Part shown: one piece after another, positions 36,220 to 50,000 of the stretch
Numbering within the stretch: position 1 is the stretch's first letter
How the letters are laid out: each line of letters opens with the position of its first letter
Made by a program: the position numbers and the translations under genes
Notes under the pieces: model-generated
Databases searched by the model: none
Told to the model about the DNA's origin: nothing
The model's input: only the letters and a program-made list of their open reading frames with translations
Assembly (NCBI GenBank): GCA_013239625.1
Contig: MU053493.1
Location: 691,793-755,792, forward strand
Origin: Lama guanicoe
Taxonomy: Eukaryota
Length of the DNA stretch: 64,000 nt
Direction: 5' to 3'

Positions 36220-39200
36220 AAAACATTTTTTAAATAATTATAGATTCATAGGAAGTTGCAAAGATTATACAGGACAGTCTCATGCAGCCTTCGTCTGATT
36301 TCCCTCCAGTGCTTACATCTTACAGAGCATCAAAACACATTCAAACATCAAAAGGACAACATCAAAGGACACTGACGTTGGCAGTACGTGTATGTATGGT
36401 TCAGTGACATTTTATCACAAATGTGGATTCTGTAAACATCACCGCAATCAACATACAGAACTGTTCCATCACCACAAAGACTTCTCTCTTGCAATTCCTT
36501 TATAGTCAGCACATCTCTTCCCCTGCAAACCCTAACTCCTGGCAATCACTGCTCCCTTCCTCCATAATTGTGTCAGTTTGAGAACATTGTATACATAAAA
36601 CCACACCCTTGATGTTGGCGATTTTTCACTCACTATCATACCCTCCCTATCCATCCAGGTGGTTGTGTGTACCAATATGCAGTTTATTCCTTTTCAATGC
36701 TGAAAAAAATTTACCTGTGAAGGCTATTTTGGTTGTTTCCAGCTTTGAGTTGCTAAAAAGTTGCTGTGAATGTCTGAGTGCACGTTTCTGTATGGACATA
36801 CATTATCATTTATCTGGGATAAATACCTCTGAGTAGTAGCTCAGTTGAATTGTCACTTTTTAATGAAACTACCAAAATACTTTCCAAAATGGTTGTAACA
36901 TTTTACATTCCCACCGGCAACATATGGAGAACCAGTTTGTTCATCTCCTCACCAACAATTGGTGTAGCCACTTAAAAAATGTAGCTGTCCTAAAGGGTGT
37001 GTAGTAAAATCTCACTGTGGTCTTAATTTACATTCCCCTCAAGGCTAGAGGAATGGAACATCTTTCCATGTTTTGTTGTTGTTGTTTTGTTGTTGTTTTT
37101 GTTGTTGCTGTTATTTTTATATCCTCTTTGGTGAAATGTCTGTTCACCCTCCTTGTTTATTTCCTAAATGATTTTTTTTATTTTTTAATGTTGGATTTGG
37201 AGTGTTCTTTATGTATCGTAGATCTGAGTCTTTTTATTAGATAGGTCATTTGCAAGAATTTTTTTCCTAGGCTGTAGTTAGCTTTTCATCATTGTCACAG
37301 AGCCTTTCACACAGCAAAAGTTTTAAATTTTATTGAAGTTCAGTTTCTTGATTTTTTATGTCTGTGTATCATGCACTTGGTTTCATATTTAAGTACTCTT
37401 TACCAGACCCTAGTTCCTAAAGATTTCCTTCTATGTTTTCTTCTATAAGTTTAATAGTTTTATAGTCTATGTTTAAATCTATGATCCATTTTGAGTTTAT
37501 TGTGTATAAAGTATGAAGTTTAGACTAAAAGCCTTTTCCTTTTTTGAGGGGGGGGAGCTATGCATGCACAGTTGTTCCTGTAACATTTATTGAAAAGGCT
37601 ATCCTTTCGGGATCTACTTGCTTTTGCACCTTTGTCAAAAAAAAAAAACAACACTTTGGCTCCATTTGTGTGGGCTGTTTCTGTCCCCCTGACCTGTGTA
37701 CCTGTCCCTCCACCAATGCTGCACTGTCTTGATTGCTGTGGCTCTGGAAGTCCTGGAATCCAGTGCAGTGACCCTCCCCACATTACTCTTCTCTTTCAAA
37801 ATTATCTTTAGCAATTCTAGAGCCTCTGACGTTCAATATCGATTTTAGAAGATTGTCTATGTCCACAAAGAATCTTGCTGGGATTTTAATAAGAATTTAG
37901 TTAAACCTGTATATCAAGTTGAGGAGAATTAACATTTTCACCGTGTTGAGTCTTTCAGTCCACAGACACACTCTCTCTCTACGCTTATTTGGATCCTCGG
38001 TTTCCTGCACCAGCATCCTGCATTTTTCAGCGCACAAGTCCTGGATGTTGTGGAGCCAGCTGGTGCCTGTGGAAGCCCTGCGGCCCCCAGACCTCCAGCC
38101 CTTAGGCGTCTGCCTGCTCCTCTTCAGGAGACAAACTCCTGGTGTGTGTTTGCCTTGGTACCATTAACAGCCCTGGGAAGTGGCTAACTTCACTGCAGCT
38201 CAGACTGACTTGTTTCAGCCCATGTCTCATCCTTATCAGAGTCATAAATCCCACTGCCTTGCTGATGTCAGCCCATGTCTCCATCTTACTGGCATCACAA
38301 ATCCACTATCTTCCTATGTACAAAGCCCCTTACCTCACTTACAGGCAATCAGAAGCCTGTTCCCCATCCCTTTGTGTTCAAAGCCCCTTCCCCAATAAAA
38401 GACCCTGCCCGTTCATCCCAGCAGACACGCAAGTACCTCTCGTCTGTGTGGCCCCCTGTTGCCTGTAGCAGCATAACTATTAAACTTTTTTCCTTTGTTC
38501 TTAAATCGCTCCTTGCCTTTGGTAAATTCTTTTACCACCCACACGCCGGCCCACCATGAGTCCCCCAATAGATATGTGTGTTAGATCAATGGCAAAGTAT
38601 TTCATTCTTTTTTGGGTGGCTGTAAATTTTAATGCATCTAAATTTCAGGGTCCACCTGTTCAGAGCTCGTGTGCATGAGTGCAGTTGGCATTTGCTTGTG
38701 GCTCTTGTCGCCTGCAGCCTTGCTGAACTCGTTGAAGATACCTTAGGGTTGTCCATGTAGCGTGGTGTCATCTACAAATAGGGACAAGTTTCATTTCTTC
38801 CTTCCCTATTTGTATGCCTTTTGTTTCCTTTTATTGCTTTACTGAGCTGGACTGCAAGTAACGTGTTGGACTGAAGCGGTGAAAGCAGACACCCTGGCCT
38901 TGTTTCCGTGTTGGGGGAAACACTCCGTCTTTCACTGTGAAGCACAGTGTCACCTAGAGGTTACCTGACGCTCTTCATCAAGTTGAAGAAGCTCTCTTCT
39001 ACTCCTATATTTCTTAAAGATTTTATCAGGAATGGGGGTTAAATTTTGTTAATTTTCTTTGCATTGTTTGCTCTGATTGTGTGAATTTTTCCCTGTTTAG
39101 CCTGTTAATGTGATAGATTATATTCATTTATTCTTTAGTATTAAAGCAGTCTAGCATTCTTGAACTAAATCCCACTTTTCCACAGTGTATGTATGTATTC

Positions 39201-39480
39201 TTGTTGAGTTTTATTTACCAATGCTTTGTTAGGGTTTTTTCATATTCATGAGGGATGTTGGTCTGTAGTTTTCCATTTTTTTCTTTCTTTCTTTCTTTTC
39301 TTCTTTGGGTGGGGAGGGGGCAGGGATATTGTGTTTACCTCATTTGGTACCAGGGAATTACTAATTTCATGAAACAGCCTTTCCTCTTAGACTGTCTGGA
39401 AGAGGGTGTGTACAATTGGTGCTCAGTCTTCTTTAGACAGGACTCTCCAGTGAAGCCATTGATTTTTCAAGAGATTATTT
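36220..39480 (-). mobile_element. L1 3' region, antisense, interrupted by an LTR
   Basis: aataattatagattcataggaagttgcaaa...ttttacattcccaccggcaa...ctatgatccattttgagtt...atgttggtctgtagttttc. Confidence 0.85.
38046..38570 (+). mobile_element. Solo ERV LTR inserted in L1
   Basis: GC-richer 525-bp insert with tgttg...caata ends, a CCAATAAAA TATA-like box, ATTAAA and a U5-like tail (ttggtaaattcttttaccaccc). Confidence 0.7.
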
Positions 39481-41699
39481 TCTACTATATCTCTGCTTCA
39501 GGACTGAGGGGATTCTGCTGCATGTAACCAGCATAATGTTTGCTGGAGCTTTCACAGAGCAGAGCTCAGCCAATCCCTCAAGGTGGTCCATGAATGGGTG
39601 TCACTGCTTCTCCTTTGGGAGAACCCAGGGTCAGCACCAGGCCCTCCTGCTGAGCCCTGGCTGAGTGCAGAGTCCCACCTGGGCTCCTGCTTGTGCTCGA
39701 TGCCTGAAATTCCAAGTATGTCACAGGGGTCCCCATTTCTGCTTTTGTTGCCAAGCAGGGAGCCTGGCCTTGGCCTTGAGCTCCTGCTCTCTCTCACCCA
39801 GCATGTGGGTCATTTTCACCCTCTTGATGAATTTTTGTAGTTAAAAACAAGATAGTCGCATCTTTACCTAAGAGAGTTGAAATTGTTAAGGATACAATAA
39901 GGAGACGAAAGGGTTAGCAAATATAATGGTGATAAAGGCAGTGGGTTCCATAGTCTGGGGCTTACTCACTGTCATTATACCAGCTACAATGTATTTTTGA
40001 GGTTTGCCGGTGACAAGTAAGCTGATAGCATACATTTGCAACTCCACGCCATCATCCTGTTACCCAGTGGCATGTTTTTGCAGAAGTACACTGTGTTTTG
40101 GCAAGAGGTGTATCAAGATGTCAGTTAATTTACTTCTATATTAACCAGTAGGTTTGCGGAGATGGCCAAAGGCAATAGTGGGTAAGCGGAGCTTATATCC
40201 AGATGAACTGCAATTCAGGAGTCTCGTGTTTCTGCTTCATGGGTTGACCACTCACCCTTGGAGGAGGGGAGCATCTACTAGTAGTGTGTGCACGTGGTTC
40301 TAGGCAAAGCAACAAAGGAGTGGAGGCATGGACAAAGTTCCTGTTATCCCAGAGCTAACACTGTCATGAAGAGAGATGAATAGCAAACAGATGAGGAAGT
40401 CAGTCATGAAATGAGAATACAGTGAATTATACAGTAGAGAGGGCTCTGTGGGAGAGTGTGATCAGAGCAGGATTCTGTGAAGTTCCTGTCTGGGTTGATC
40501 TTTTAAAGACAGAATGGAGCCAGGCCCCATAAACATCTGGGAGAATAGTATTCCAAGCAGAGGAATTAGCTGGTGCCAATGTCATGGACTGGGGAAGGAC
40601 AAATCTAAGTGCACCTGGAATGGAGTGAGTGCTTGCTTCTTGCCAAGGACTAGAATGAGTGCTGGCCTGTTTTGGGGGAGACTCATACCCATAAATGAAA
40701 AGAACAATTTGGGAACATTGATTTGCTATGCTCTCCCGTTAGCTGAGATAAGGGTTAGTGCACAGCATGCCTTTGCTTGGGGATTGCACGCAGGATCCCT
40801 CGGAGCTCAGCTGAGGGTAAGTGAGCCAGGTTTGCACAGCTGGCCTTAGGGTCACCTTTGCCACTTCTTTCAGGACTTTTGGAAGATGGATGTGACCATC
40901 ACTTGTTTCTAATACAATGCACACTCCCTAGTAGTTTGTGGCCATCATAAAAAGGATATATCAAGGGAGGAATTTCTTGAAGGCATTGAGAGAAGGCATT
41001 ATTCACAACTCATAGCAGTTTCAGAGATGGCCACACCAGGGTGTGAGAAGGGTTGGATGTGGTCAAGTAATTCTAGAAGAAGGAATGAACCATCTCCCTT
41101 CGAGGTACCAGAATGACTCCAGGTGTGTTATACAATTCCCTGAAAGGTTTGTACAGAGTTCATGGAGAGGCAGACAATGCCAGTGGCTTCCTGGACAGGG
41201 AGGCATGTAAGGGCGGTGGTACTGACTGGAATGAATTTCCATGCTTCTGGCAAATAGGGGCCACTAGAGACTTTGGCGCCCTTCCTAGGGACATGCTGTG
41301 TGCTGATGTCTAGAAAGAGAAAGCTTTTCAAAGTTCCAGTCCATCATCTCTGGCCATTCTGAGCCCTGAGATAACACATCTGGGGCTCCTCAGCCATGTT
41401 AAATTCTGTACATTTTGGTAATGATTCTTGACATCTAGCAAGTGCGGTAAAAGATATAGTTATAAAGGGAACCAGGAGTCTGAAACCATGAAAGGGAAGC
41501 AGGTTGTGTAGAGGGAGAGAATTATGTCATAACACCAATAATTTCTGGTTGTTTCAGGAGACAGTGAGGAGAAATGAACTGTCTGAAATCAAGGTCTTGT
41601 GAGAGCCCATACTACACTTCCTGCCAACATCATACTCTTTGCATTGTTTTTATGCATCTCCATCAAGGCAATAAAAAAATCAACATTTTGTTTCAGCCT

Positions 41700-44600
41700 T
41701 AAGGTGAAGGTCTGGAAGTCATCATTCCTCTGCTTAAATGAAGAAAAATCTGGACAGACAAATAATCAGTAAGTTTTCTTGGATCTATCAGAGAACTGAG
41801 GTTGGAAAGCCAACCAAACATCCAGAAATGTAGCGAGAAGGAGACCCCAGGGAAATATAGGATGGATGTGAAATTCTGAGGCAGAAGCTCTGGAAGCCAG
41901 AGATAGAGGAAAGCCTCCCCTGGAGAGCAATGCTGAACCCTCCTCCTGGCCGGAGGAAGGCAAGTCTACCCACTCCAGCCTCACTCCAGCCTTCCTGTGT
42001 CATCTAAGGAATAAAAAACCAAAGCCAACAGTTGAGAGAGCTCCACAGAGAGAGGCTGGTAGCATCACAGCCAAGAAAGAGAGTAGGAGGTGGGGAAAAC
42101 TCTAGGGGAGAGAGACAGACATACATAAAGACACCAGAGACACTGTCCCCTCCAAAGACTGAGACTTAACCAGAAACTGAGAGAAACCTGCTGCCCCACA
42201 TTCCACCGCCACCCTTGCAAACCTCCAGTAATAACAACAGTGGGTTAGCACAAGGGTTGTAAGTTGCAGAATCTCTCTGAGGAGCAGTATGAAGGGCCCT
42301 GGAATCCAGCACCCATTCATCAAAAACACTCCAGAAAAACAAGAAATAGAAGAGGACTTCCTTAACCCAACAAAGTGTTTACATGAGAAACGGGCTGCTG
42401 ACATCATCCTTAACAGCTGGAAGTAAATGCTTTCTCTCTAACATCCAGACAGCATGGCATCGGCAAAAGGATAGACACAGATCATTGGAACAAAAGAGGA
42501 AACCCAGAAATAGACTGTCACAAATACAATCAATTGATTTTTGACAAAGATGCAAAGGCAATTCAATGGAGAAAAGAAAGTGTACTTTTTGGCAAATGAT
42601 GGTGGAAAATTTCAAGTCCATATGTAAAAAGTGAAAGTTGATACTAGCCTCACACCTTATACAAAAAGTAACTCAAAATGTATCATAGAACTGGAGAGAA
42701 GCAAGATGGTGGAGTAGAAGGACACTTGTAGCTCACCTTCTCCTACAAATACACCAAAACTCACATCTACAGACCCACTCAGCCAGAGTAGAACTCTGAC
42801 AGAACATCCCCCTCTTCAAAAGACAAAGATGCCAAAAATATGGTAGGAGAAAAGGAAAAAAGAAAGAAGAAAAAGCAAAACAGTGTGGGATTGGTCCCAC
42901 AGGGAGGGAGTGGCAAAGGAGGAATAATGTTCATTTTGCTGGGTCTCCCGTCTCCAATGGAGAGGCCAATGGGATGGAGTGGGAGCTTCCTCCAAGGCTC
43001 AGATCTGCCCCAAGCACCCCTTGACTGACAGAACTGAGTTAACCAGGCACAAAGGTCCCTGTGACACCCAGCTTGAGATGTAAGCTGGCAGCTGGGGGCC
43101 GGGACAGGCTACCTGAGCCAGGCAGAGGACTGGGGCGGCTGCACTGAGGCAGCCCCTGGGGACTGCAGGGTGCTGCACACCGTGGCTGGGAGGGGATATG
43201 GAGCAGAAAAACCTCAGTCCCCCATAAATTGCGAGAAAAGCAAAGCCACACAGCTGGTGTGCCCTGGGTGCCATAGCCTTTGTCTCCTTAGACATATGGT
43301 GCCATTACTGGTGCTTCTTGCAAGAAAAGAGGTGGGGCTCAGCCACAGCCGCCATATCCTCCTGTGTGCAATGCCCAGGTAGGGGCAGGCCATGACCTGA
43401 ATCCACACCTGGGGGCTCCACAACCTCCTAGGCAGGACTGAGACTTGTTTACAGCCTGAGGCAGATAGGATCTTTCTGCCCTGGCACCTCAGAGAACTCA
43501 CACAGCCAAAACAAACAAGGAGCTGAGATTTGGCACAGAGAAGGGGCGGCGCCATTCCGTGGTCTTTCCTGAGCCCGCCTTCAGAGTGCTGACCCAAGGA
43601 GGAGCGGGCAGCTGCACAGAGCAGTGGAGCGACCTGCACTGGGAGAGGGCAGGCAGAAACCCACCTTCCTGGCAGGAACACAGCTTCTGACCACGGTGCT
43701 GGGAGGGGGCGCAATCTGCCCACCTGTCTTGCTGAAGCGCAGCATCTAACTGCAACAGTGGGAGGGGGAGTGACCTGCCCGTCCACCTGTGCCAGAGAGA
43801 TAGGAGCAATATAAAGAAGCAGAGGAACCATTCCCAATAAAAAGAGCAAAAGAAATCCCCTGAAAGAATGATCAAGGAAATAAACATTGATGGACTACTA
43901 GATCAAGATTCAAAAAAGGACTGATCAAAGTACTGAAGGAACTAAAAGAAATAGTGTTTAGAGATATAAAATATGTCAAAAATGAAACAGAAGCTATAAA
44001 GAAGAACCAAGTAGAATTAGAAAACTCATTTGCTGAGATGAGAGCTGACCTAAAGGCTGTACAAAGCAGGCTAGATAATGTAGAGGAACGAATAAGTGCC
44101 TAGAAGACAGGACAACACAAAGCACCCAATCAGAACAGCTGAGAGAAAAACAAATAAAAAAACAATAAAAACAATATAAGGGACCTATGGGATAATATAA
44201 AGCATGCCAGTCTACGCATAATAGGGGTTCCAGAAGAGGAAGAAACAACAGAGGGGACTGAAAAGGTATTTGAAGAAATCATGACTGAAAACTTCCCAAA
44301 CCTAAAGGAATCAGATACCAAATACAGGAGGCTCAGAGGGTCCTAAACAGGAAGAACCCAAACAGACCCACACCAAGACATATCATAATCAAGATGGCCA
44401 GAGTCAAGGATAAAGAAATGATCCTCGAGGCAGCAAGAGAAAAACAAAGAGTGAGTTACAAGGGAACACCCATAAGGCTTTCAGCTGATTTCTCTACACA
44501 AACACTATAGGCCAGAAGGGACTGGCAAGATATATTCAAAGTCCTGAATGAAGAAAAAATGCAGCCTAGGATATTCTATCCAGCAAGGCTATCCTTTAGA

Positions 44601-45870
44601 ATACAAGGAGAGATAAAGAACTTCACAGACAAGCAAACACAAAAGAGTTTAGCAACACTAAACCCATGCTAAATATTGACAGGTCTACTCTAAATAGAAA
44701 AGAAGCAGGATGCTACAAAAATGAGAAACTCATAACTGGAAAGGAGATAACTGCCATGAATCACAAAAAGAATAAACACAAAATTGTAAAAGAAAACATC
44801 TAAATCAGTAAGAGTGGGAGAGGGAAGCAAGGAAAGTCATTGTGGAAAACGGTATGGAGATTCCTCAAAAGAGTAGGTATAGACTTACCATATGACCCAG
44901 GAATCCTGCTCCTGGGCATAAATCCAGAAGGAACCCTACTTCAAAATGACACCTGCACCCCAATGTTCATAGCAGCACTATTTACAGTAGCCAAGATTTT
45001 GAAACAGCCTAAATGTCCATCAACAGATGACTGGATGAGGAAGAGGTGGTACATTTATACAACGGAATACTATTCAGCCATAAAAATGACAACATAACGC
45101 CATTAGCAGCAAGATAGATGTTCCTGGAGAATGTCATTCTAAGTGAAGTAAGCCAGAAAGAGAAAGAAAAATACCATTTTAGATCAGTCATATGTGGAAT
45201 CTAAAAAAAAAAACATAATTTAAAAACAGAAATAGACTGATAGACATAGAATACGAACTTGTGGTTGCCAAGGGGGCGGGGGGTGGGAAGGGACAGACTG
45301 GGATTTTAAAATGTAGACTAGAGAAACAAAATTATACTGTATAGCACAGGGAAATATATACAAGATCTTGTGATAGCTCACAGCCAAAAAAAAAGTGACA
45401 ATGAATATATGTATGTTCATGTATAACTGAAAAATTGTGCTCTACACTAGAATTTGACACAACATTGTAAAATGACTATTACTCTAAAAAAAATGGTCCA
45501 TAAAATAAATGGCAACATATTAAAAAAAGTATCATAGAACTAAGTATAAAATGCAAAACAATAAAAAAGTTTTTAGAATAACACAGAAGGAAGTTTGCAT
45601 GCTTTTGGGTTTGTTGATGGGTTCTTAGATACAACAGAAAAGGAAAATAATGATGAATTGGACTTTATTAAAAATAAAATCTTTTTATCTCCAGAGTCAC
45701 TGTTGAATGAATGAAAAGACAAGTCAGAGCCTCAGGGAGTATATTTGCTCATCACATATCTGATAAAGGGATTGTATCCAGAAATACGAAGAGCTCTCAA
45801 AAGTCAATAAGAAGTTGAGTAACTGAACTAATAAATTGGTGATAGAACGTCTCACAAAAAAAGTGAGACT
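41700..45870 (+). mobile_element. Heavily deleted old L1 (5' region and ORF2 pieces), host of the ORF1-only L1
   Basis: ORF2 text cctcacaccttatacaaaaagtaactcaaaatgtatcatagaact continues as taagtataaaatgcaaaac after 45541. Confidence 0.7.
42693..45528 (+). mobile_element. L1 with complete 5'UTR and decayed ORF1, lacking almost all of ORF2, with intact 3' end
   Basis: 5' start ggagagaagcaagatggtggagtag, GC-rich UTR, ORF1 motifs (ataataggggttccagaagagg; cccataaggctttcagctgatttctc), then a jump at about 44836 to the ORF2 C-terminus. TSD gtatcatagaact at 42680-42692 / 45529-45541. Confidence 0.92.
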
Positions 45871-46326
45871 TTTATCTGCACTTGTAGATAGTCAGCAGCA
45901 AGGCTGAGTTTTACACTTTTTTTTTTCATCATGCCGTTCACTATCTATACAGCTTATAAATATGAGTGTCCAGGAGGTACCCTAGAGGAAGGCAATGAGT
46001 TTTTTATAACTTTTTAGCTAAAGCCCTAAAGTAAGTTTTTCCACATGTGCACATTACTATTCCTCGTCCTAAAATGAGTACTTTCCGCCTCAGGAAGATC
46101 TCTTTTAATTCCAGTTTTGTAGGACCCTGTAGCATAGCATCTTAGGCTATGAACATGTTTATCTTTAGAATGTCTTTGAGGATTATTTCCTGTTCCCAGT
46201 AAACAACATCAAAGTTTTTTGGTTTTTTTTTTTTAATACTGTGGAGTGTTCCGTGAGGTCGTGAGTCTGCCAAATTGCACACTTCATTCTGTCCTGTGTC
46301 CCTTGGTCTGGGAAGTAGGTCCTATA

Positions 46327-46344
46327 AGCGCCATCTGGTGGCCA
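46327..46344 (-). promoter_or_regulatory. Strong CTCF consensus motif
   Basis: The minus strand reads TGGCCACCAGATGGCGCT, essentially the CTCF consensus, in non-repeat sequence. Confidence 0.65.
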
Positions 46345-48684
46345 CAGGGTAAACCAGTGGCTTTTTGTGTTTTCTGTCACTCTGAAGAACTTAAGCTTCA
46401 CTAAAGCTATACTGAGAAGTCTAAAATGCTGAAACCAGGGCTTGCTACAGACTGTAAGTGTCCTGAACACTTAACGTAATTCAGGAACCATATGCTTTGT
46501 TAATGTGTTGATCATTCTATGTGTCTTACATATAATTATTCCATAAATGTACAATCCAAACGATTTCTCTAGACTCAGTTCATTAAATGAATCAGTGCAA
46601 TGTATCAATATAGCCGCTGCTCCTTTTCTACTACAAAAAACTTCCTTGTGTGAGTCCCTAACATCTCTTGCTGGAACGTTGTTATTGCCTCCTAATCTGG
46701 TGTCTCTGCTTCCCTCCTCCAGGGATTGTCCAGAGTGGCCCAAATTATCAGAGTAGCCCAAATTATCTCTCAGAAACAAATGTATCATAATAAGGCCATG
46801 TCTTTCCCCTGCTTAAAATCTCCCAGTGATGTTCCATCATAATTACAGTGGGGTGAGAGCGTTCACCATCACCTACAGGATCCTATATGATCTGGTCTCC
46901 ACCTACCCTGGCCAACCTCATCCTGTTCATCGCCTCTTCCTTTGCTACAAACAAGATGCACTAGTTGCTTTCTGTTTCTGAAACACCCTCCCAGACTGAT
47001 TTCTGTATGTGTCATTCCCTCTGCCTGGAGTGGTTGGGTCCTAGACATTTGCATGGCCTTGCTTTTCTCTAAAACCATGGCCGGAGTGGGACTCAGATCA
47101 AATACCAGGCCCTCAGAGACAGCACCCCTTCTGGGCTGCTGGGATAAGTTAACACTAGCTGCAATGACAGGGAGACCCCCAGACCTCAGTGTCGTGGTTA
47201 TATCACACTGTGTTACGTTACACAGCGACGTGTCTCATCATGACATAGCATAGGTCACATTATCCCTGACTATGCAGATTTCAGTATGGGTTAAAGAGAG
47301 TGGAGCTTGAGAAGCTCAGCTCCATGTAATTATTCCAAGACTCAGGCACTTACTTGTGACCCCTTTTCACTTGGTTTTTTTAGAATCTATGCTATTCACC
47401 TGTCAGAGGAAGTGAGAGAGTGTGGATGATTCTGTCAGAGGCTTTTGTGGACCGGACATGGCTGTGGAGTTCCTCATTTCTGTCCACACTCCATTAGTTG
47501 GAACTCAGTCACGTGACCTCAACTAACTACAGCTGTGGCTGGAAATGAGTCCTGGGGAGAAAAGATTTGGTGACGATGAGGTACTTTCTCTGCCAAGGTA
47601 GCCACTTGGTTCGTCAGATACTCACTTTGCTCTCGCCTCATATGTTGAGCAAACTCATTTCCCAAGGAGGACAACCCAGAGTTTACCTACATATGGATCC
47701 AGTTCAAAGCTGAGGATTTCTGAATGCTGCTGAGGCCCTGCTGTGGTTCTCCACAGTTAAGGACATGGGTAAAGTTATTTTCTCTCCACATCAAATAGTC
47801 AGTCTGAGAAGGGGAGAGGATGGCCATAGGGAAAACCCTTAGTTGGAAAGGCAAAGGAGACACAACGGTCAGTGACCCGAAGGGACTTACGGGATCCCAC
47901 TGACCCTGATGATGGCTGTGAGGCAAGTGGGAAGGGATATCCCAGAAGAACACAGATGTGGGATGAAATTCTAACTCCTACCTTTTTGGGTAGAAGAGGT
48001 TAAAAAAGAAAAACAGAAGGCCTGAAATAAGAAGTAAATTTCTTGACATTTAAATGCTGAACAGAGAAAGCCACGTGGCTGGATTATATGTTGAAGTCTT
48101 TATCTGAGCTTTTCACTTTTGGTCCATCCCCCAGTCTCCCATTTCACTCTTAAGGTCAGACCCCATTTGGGCACACGTCATCTACATTAAAGGAGCAGCC
48201 AAAACCCTGAGTCCACAAGATGAAACTAAAGTCTGAAAAGAAAATTAAAAGACAAATAAACTTTGTGTTCTTGGGCTAACTTCTTCAGTTCTTGATAACT
48301 GAAAGAGGACTTCAGAGATGGAGAGAGTATGTGGGTGCAAGAGGGGTAGGCATGGATAATGCGTGATCCTGAGAGGTGAGGTGAGGGTGGAGGTTGATGG
48401 TACAATAAAAATGGGTGTTTGTTCAGGACACGGGTCCTTTTGTAGCATGGGTCCTAACAAGGGAATCTCTCACGTTTTCCCTGGGACCTCCCTTGGAAGA
48501 GGCCATTCCTTTAGCCATTCAGCATTTAGTCTTCTAAGTGCTTCATTGGGTGTGTCCAAAGTTTCTAGGAACATGTAATTCTAGGACAGAGGGTGGGTTA
48601 CTTGGACATACAGGGGAATGGCAGCTTAATTAAGAAAGACTATCCAACCATGGTCAGCTCAGAAAGATTCACATAGAAACGAAG

Positions 48685-48820
48685 GAGGGAGGGAGGGTAT
48701 AGCTCAGTGGTAGAGTGTGTGCTTAGCATTCACGAGGTCCTGGGTTCAATCCCCAGTCCCTCCACTGAAAATTAATAAATAAACCTAATTATCCCCACCC
48801 CAAAACAAAACAAAAAGAAA
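48685..48820 (+). mobile_element. tRNA-Ala-derived SINE
   Basis: gggtatagctcagtggtagagtgtgtgcttagcattcacgaggtcctgggttcaatcccc plus tail. Confidence 0.9.
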
Positions 48821-49859
48821 AGGAGTATGTACATGTCCCTTGCTCTGGACTACACCTCATAGTTGTTGGAGCTCTTTGATGACCACCTGTCTTCCTTACC
48901 AGGCTGCAAGCTTTACGACAGCAAGTGTGGTGACTCCTTTTCTCACTATTGATTTCTTAGCTCATAACACAGCGCCTAACTTCTAGCAAATTCTCAGTAA
49001 GTATGAGTTGAATAAATTAGTAACTTTCCTGTAGCCATTCACCATTAAACTGAATGAGAGTCAGCAGGCAGTGAAGCCTCTATGTGCTCTAGGTGTGTAC
49101 CCATCGCAGCTCAGAGTCAAATGTCCAGGACACATATTTGAGCTCCCTGCTGAGAAATAGTTGTCTGTGCTGACTGTTGTATGACTCAAGTCTTTAGGGT
49201 TGACCATGTGGGTGCCACCGAGTCTAACAACAAAACTCAATGTCATTATCTAGAATAGATCCCTGGGTTGGAGGATGGTTGTTGGTTCTCGGGAACAAAA
49301 ATCTAAAATGTATATCACAACTGAGCTCTGGGGGAACAAACTGCATAGCCTGGGCTTACGTGCTGTGACCACCTCTTTGTATCAGTAGCAATTAGATGAG
49401 AGAATGGTTATTGAGTGGAGAGACCACCTAAGAAGTGTATAAATTAGGGTATACATTGAACAAAATAGGCATGATCCATGTCCCTTGGAGCTCCCAGGCT
49501 GGTGGGGAGAGAAGAGAGAGGCAAACTTGAGATGAGCCATTGTAATATAAGTTCAATGATAAGAAAAATACGGTGGATTATGCATCACAAATTAGGAACA
49601 TTTACCAAATTTAAGGAGGTTAGGGGAGGGCTCCCAGCAGAAGGTTTGCAAAACAGGAAACTTGAAAGCTGAGTAAATGGTAAGACACTCAGGACTCAGA
49701 CATTCCAAGCAGGCTTCCAAAGCAAGCCTGGAAGCCTAGGGAAGGGATAAGAGGGCATTTGAGACTGACACAGAGAGAGAGGGAGGGAGAAGATGATGTA
49801 TTCAGGAGAAAGTGTCCTGCAGTCAAAGGACTGAGGGAAGATCGCTGTTGCTGAAACGT

Positions 49860-50000
49860 CGTGTGTGTGTGTGTGTGTGAGTGTGTGTGTGTGAGAGTCT
49901 GTGGGTATGTGTGTCAGTGTGTATGTGACTGTGCGTATGCGTGTGTTGAGTGTGTGTATCAGTGTGTGTGTGTGAGTGTGTGTGTGTGTGAGTGTGTGTA
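49860..50000. repeat. Degenerate (TG)n microsatellite within an L2-like remnant
   Basis: Direct sequence inspection. Confidence 0.85.

Noticed and set aside
43214..43887. 211-aa antisense ORF with a signal-peptide-like start
   Set aside because: Antisense reading of the GC-rich L1 5'UTR with a non-ATG start. There is no evidence for an ORF0-like product from a single decayed copy.
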